DNA of 64,000 nt from a virus. The stretch lies in IMG/VR virus record IMGVR_UViG_3300020463_000008, positions 67,092-131,091 of that record. One strand, given 5' to 3'. The notes beneath the pieces were generated by a model. The model did not search any database and was not told the origin of the DNA. It saw nothing but the letters and a program-made list of their open reading frames with translations. The position numbers were made by a program, and so were the translations under genes. Of the stretch, positions 63,778 through 64,000 are shown piece by piece (within the stretch, counting starts at the first letter, position 1; each line of letters begins with the position of its first letter).

Positions 63778-64000
63778 TGTAATACCTCTATATTACTTGT
63801 AGTGGGATCCTCCCACAGTTGATTAGTGTCCTCGTACTTCGAAGACTCTCTTGTGTTCATCCATATAGTATAAGATGCTTTGACCAAACCTCGTAAATCA
63901 TTTGTAGGACAAACAAAGTCAAGGATACCAAAGGGCATATTCCGCATACGATTTGCCTGAGTCACTCTGCCCTCATAACTAAAATCCCAATCGCCATAGT
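63669..64000 (-). CDS. Adenylyl-sulfate (APS) kinase-like protein, 5' end outside window
   Basis: Frame open to the edge: DWDFSYEGRVTQANRM...DFVCPT...IWMNT...YEDTN..WEDP. Confidence 0.75.
   Translation of the reverse strand, partial: YGDWDFSYEGRVTQANRMRNMPFGILDFVCPTNDLRGLVKASYTIWMNTRESSKYEDTNQLWEDPTTSNIEVLQWIEAKQLHSSLVGFNPGMMGIQSYLREHFPKLVKL

Noticed and set aside
1-64000. CRISPR array, DGR, integrase, transposase, homing endonuclease, intron or intein
   Set aside because: No repeat-spacer periodicity, reverse transcriptase or mobile-element motifs seen; gp17, gp20, gp23, gp46 and UvsW are uninterrupted and of normal length
1-64000. Alternative genetic code
   Set aside because: Core genes are full length under the standard code, and TAA, TAG and TGA all serve as stops

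Overview
64 kb of an AT-rich (roughly 35% GC by eye) T4-like myovirus genome of the marine type (Kyanoviridae/pelagiphage/methylophage-like gene order; no photosynthesis genes in this window, host not determinable). Essentially all genes are on the minus strand. In transcription order (64000 to 1): APS-kinase-like and nucleotidyltransferase genes, a PAAR spike-tip protein with a ~690 aa extension, baseplate gp25-gp6-gp7-gp8, VrlC-like and fibre/adaptor genes, neck gp13-14-15, terminase gp17 (no gp16 at its usual position), tail gp18-19, head gp20-67-21-22-23, a glutamine-type riboswitch with an unusually large insertion ahead of a DUF4278-like peptide and a cluster of small ORFs, gp3, uvsY, uvsW, iscA-like, gp55, gp47/46, peptide deformylase, a VWA/peptidase plus MoxR/CobS-like AAA pair each behind a copy of a ~96 bp promoter repeat, glycosyl- and sulfotransferase genes, tRNA-Arg(UCU), gp45-44-62 and regA. 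Most notable observations: (1) near-total avoidance of GTWAC except as TGTWACA, GCGC seen only as TGCGCA, and no ACGT/GGCC/CCGG/CGCG seen, hinting at context-specific DNA modification or a degenerate nuclease target; (2) the expanded riboswitch; (3) a gene-less antisense promoter with a G-tract beside gp55, a candidate R-loop origin; (4) the extended PAAR; (5) recurring terminal motifs suggesting a modular fibre-adaptor system. All calls come from reading motifs and synteny by eye; no searches or counts were run by computer.
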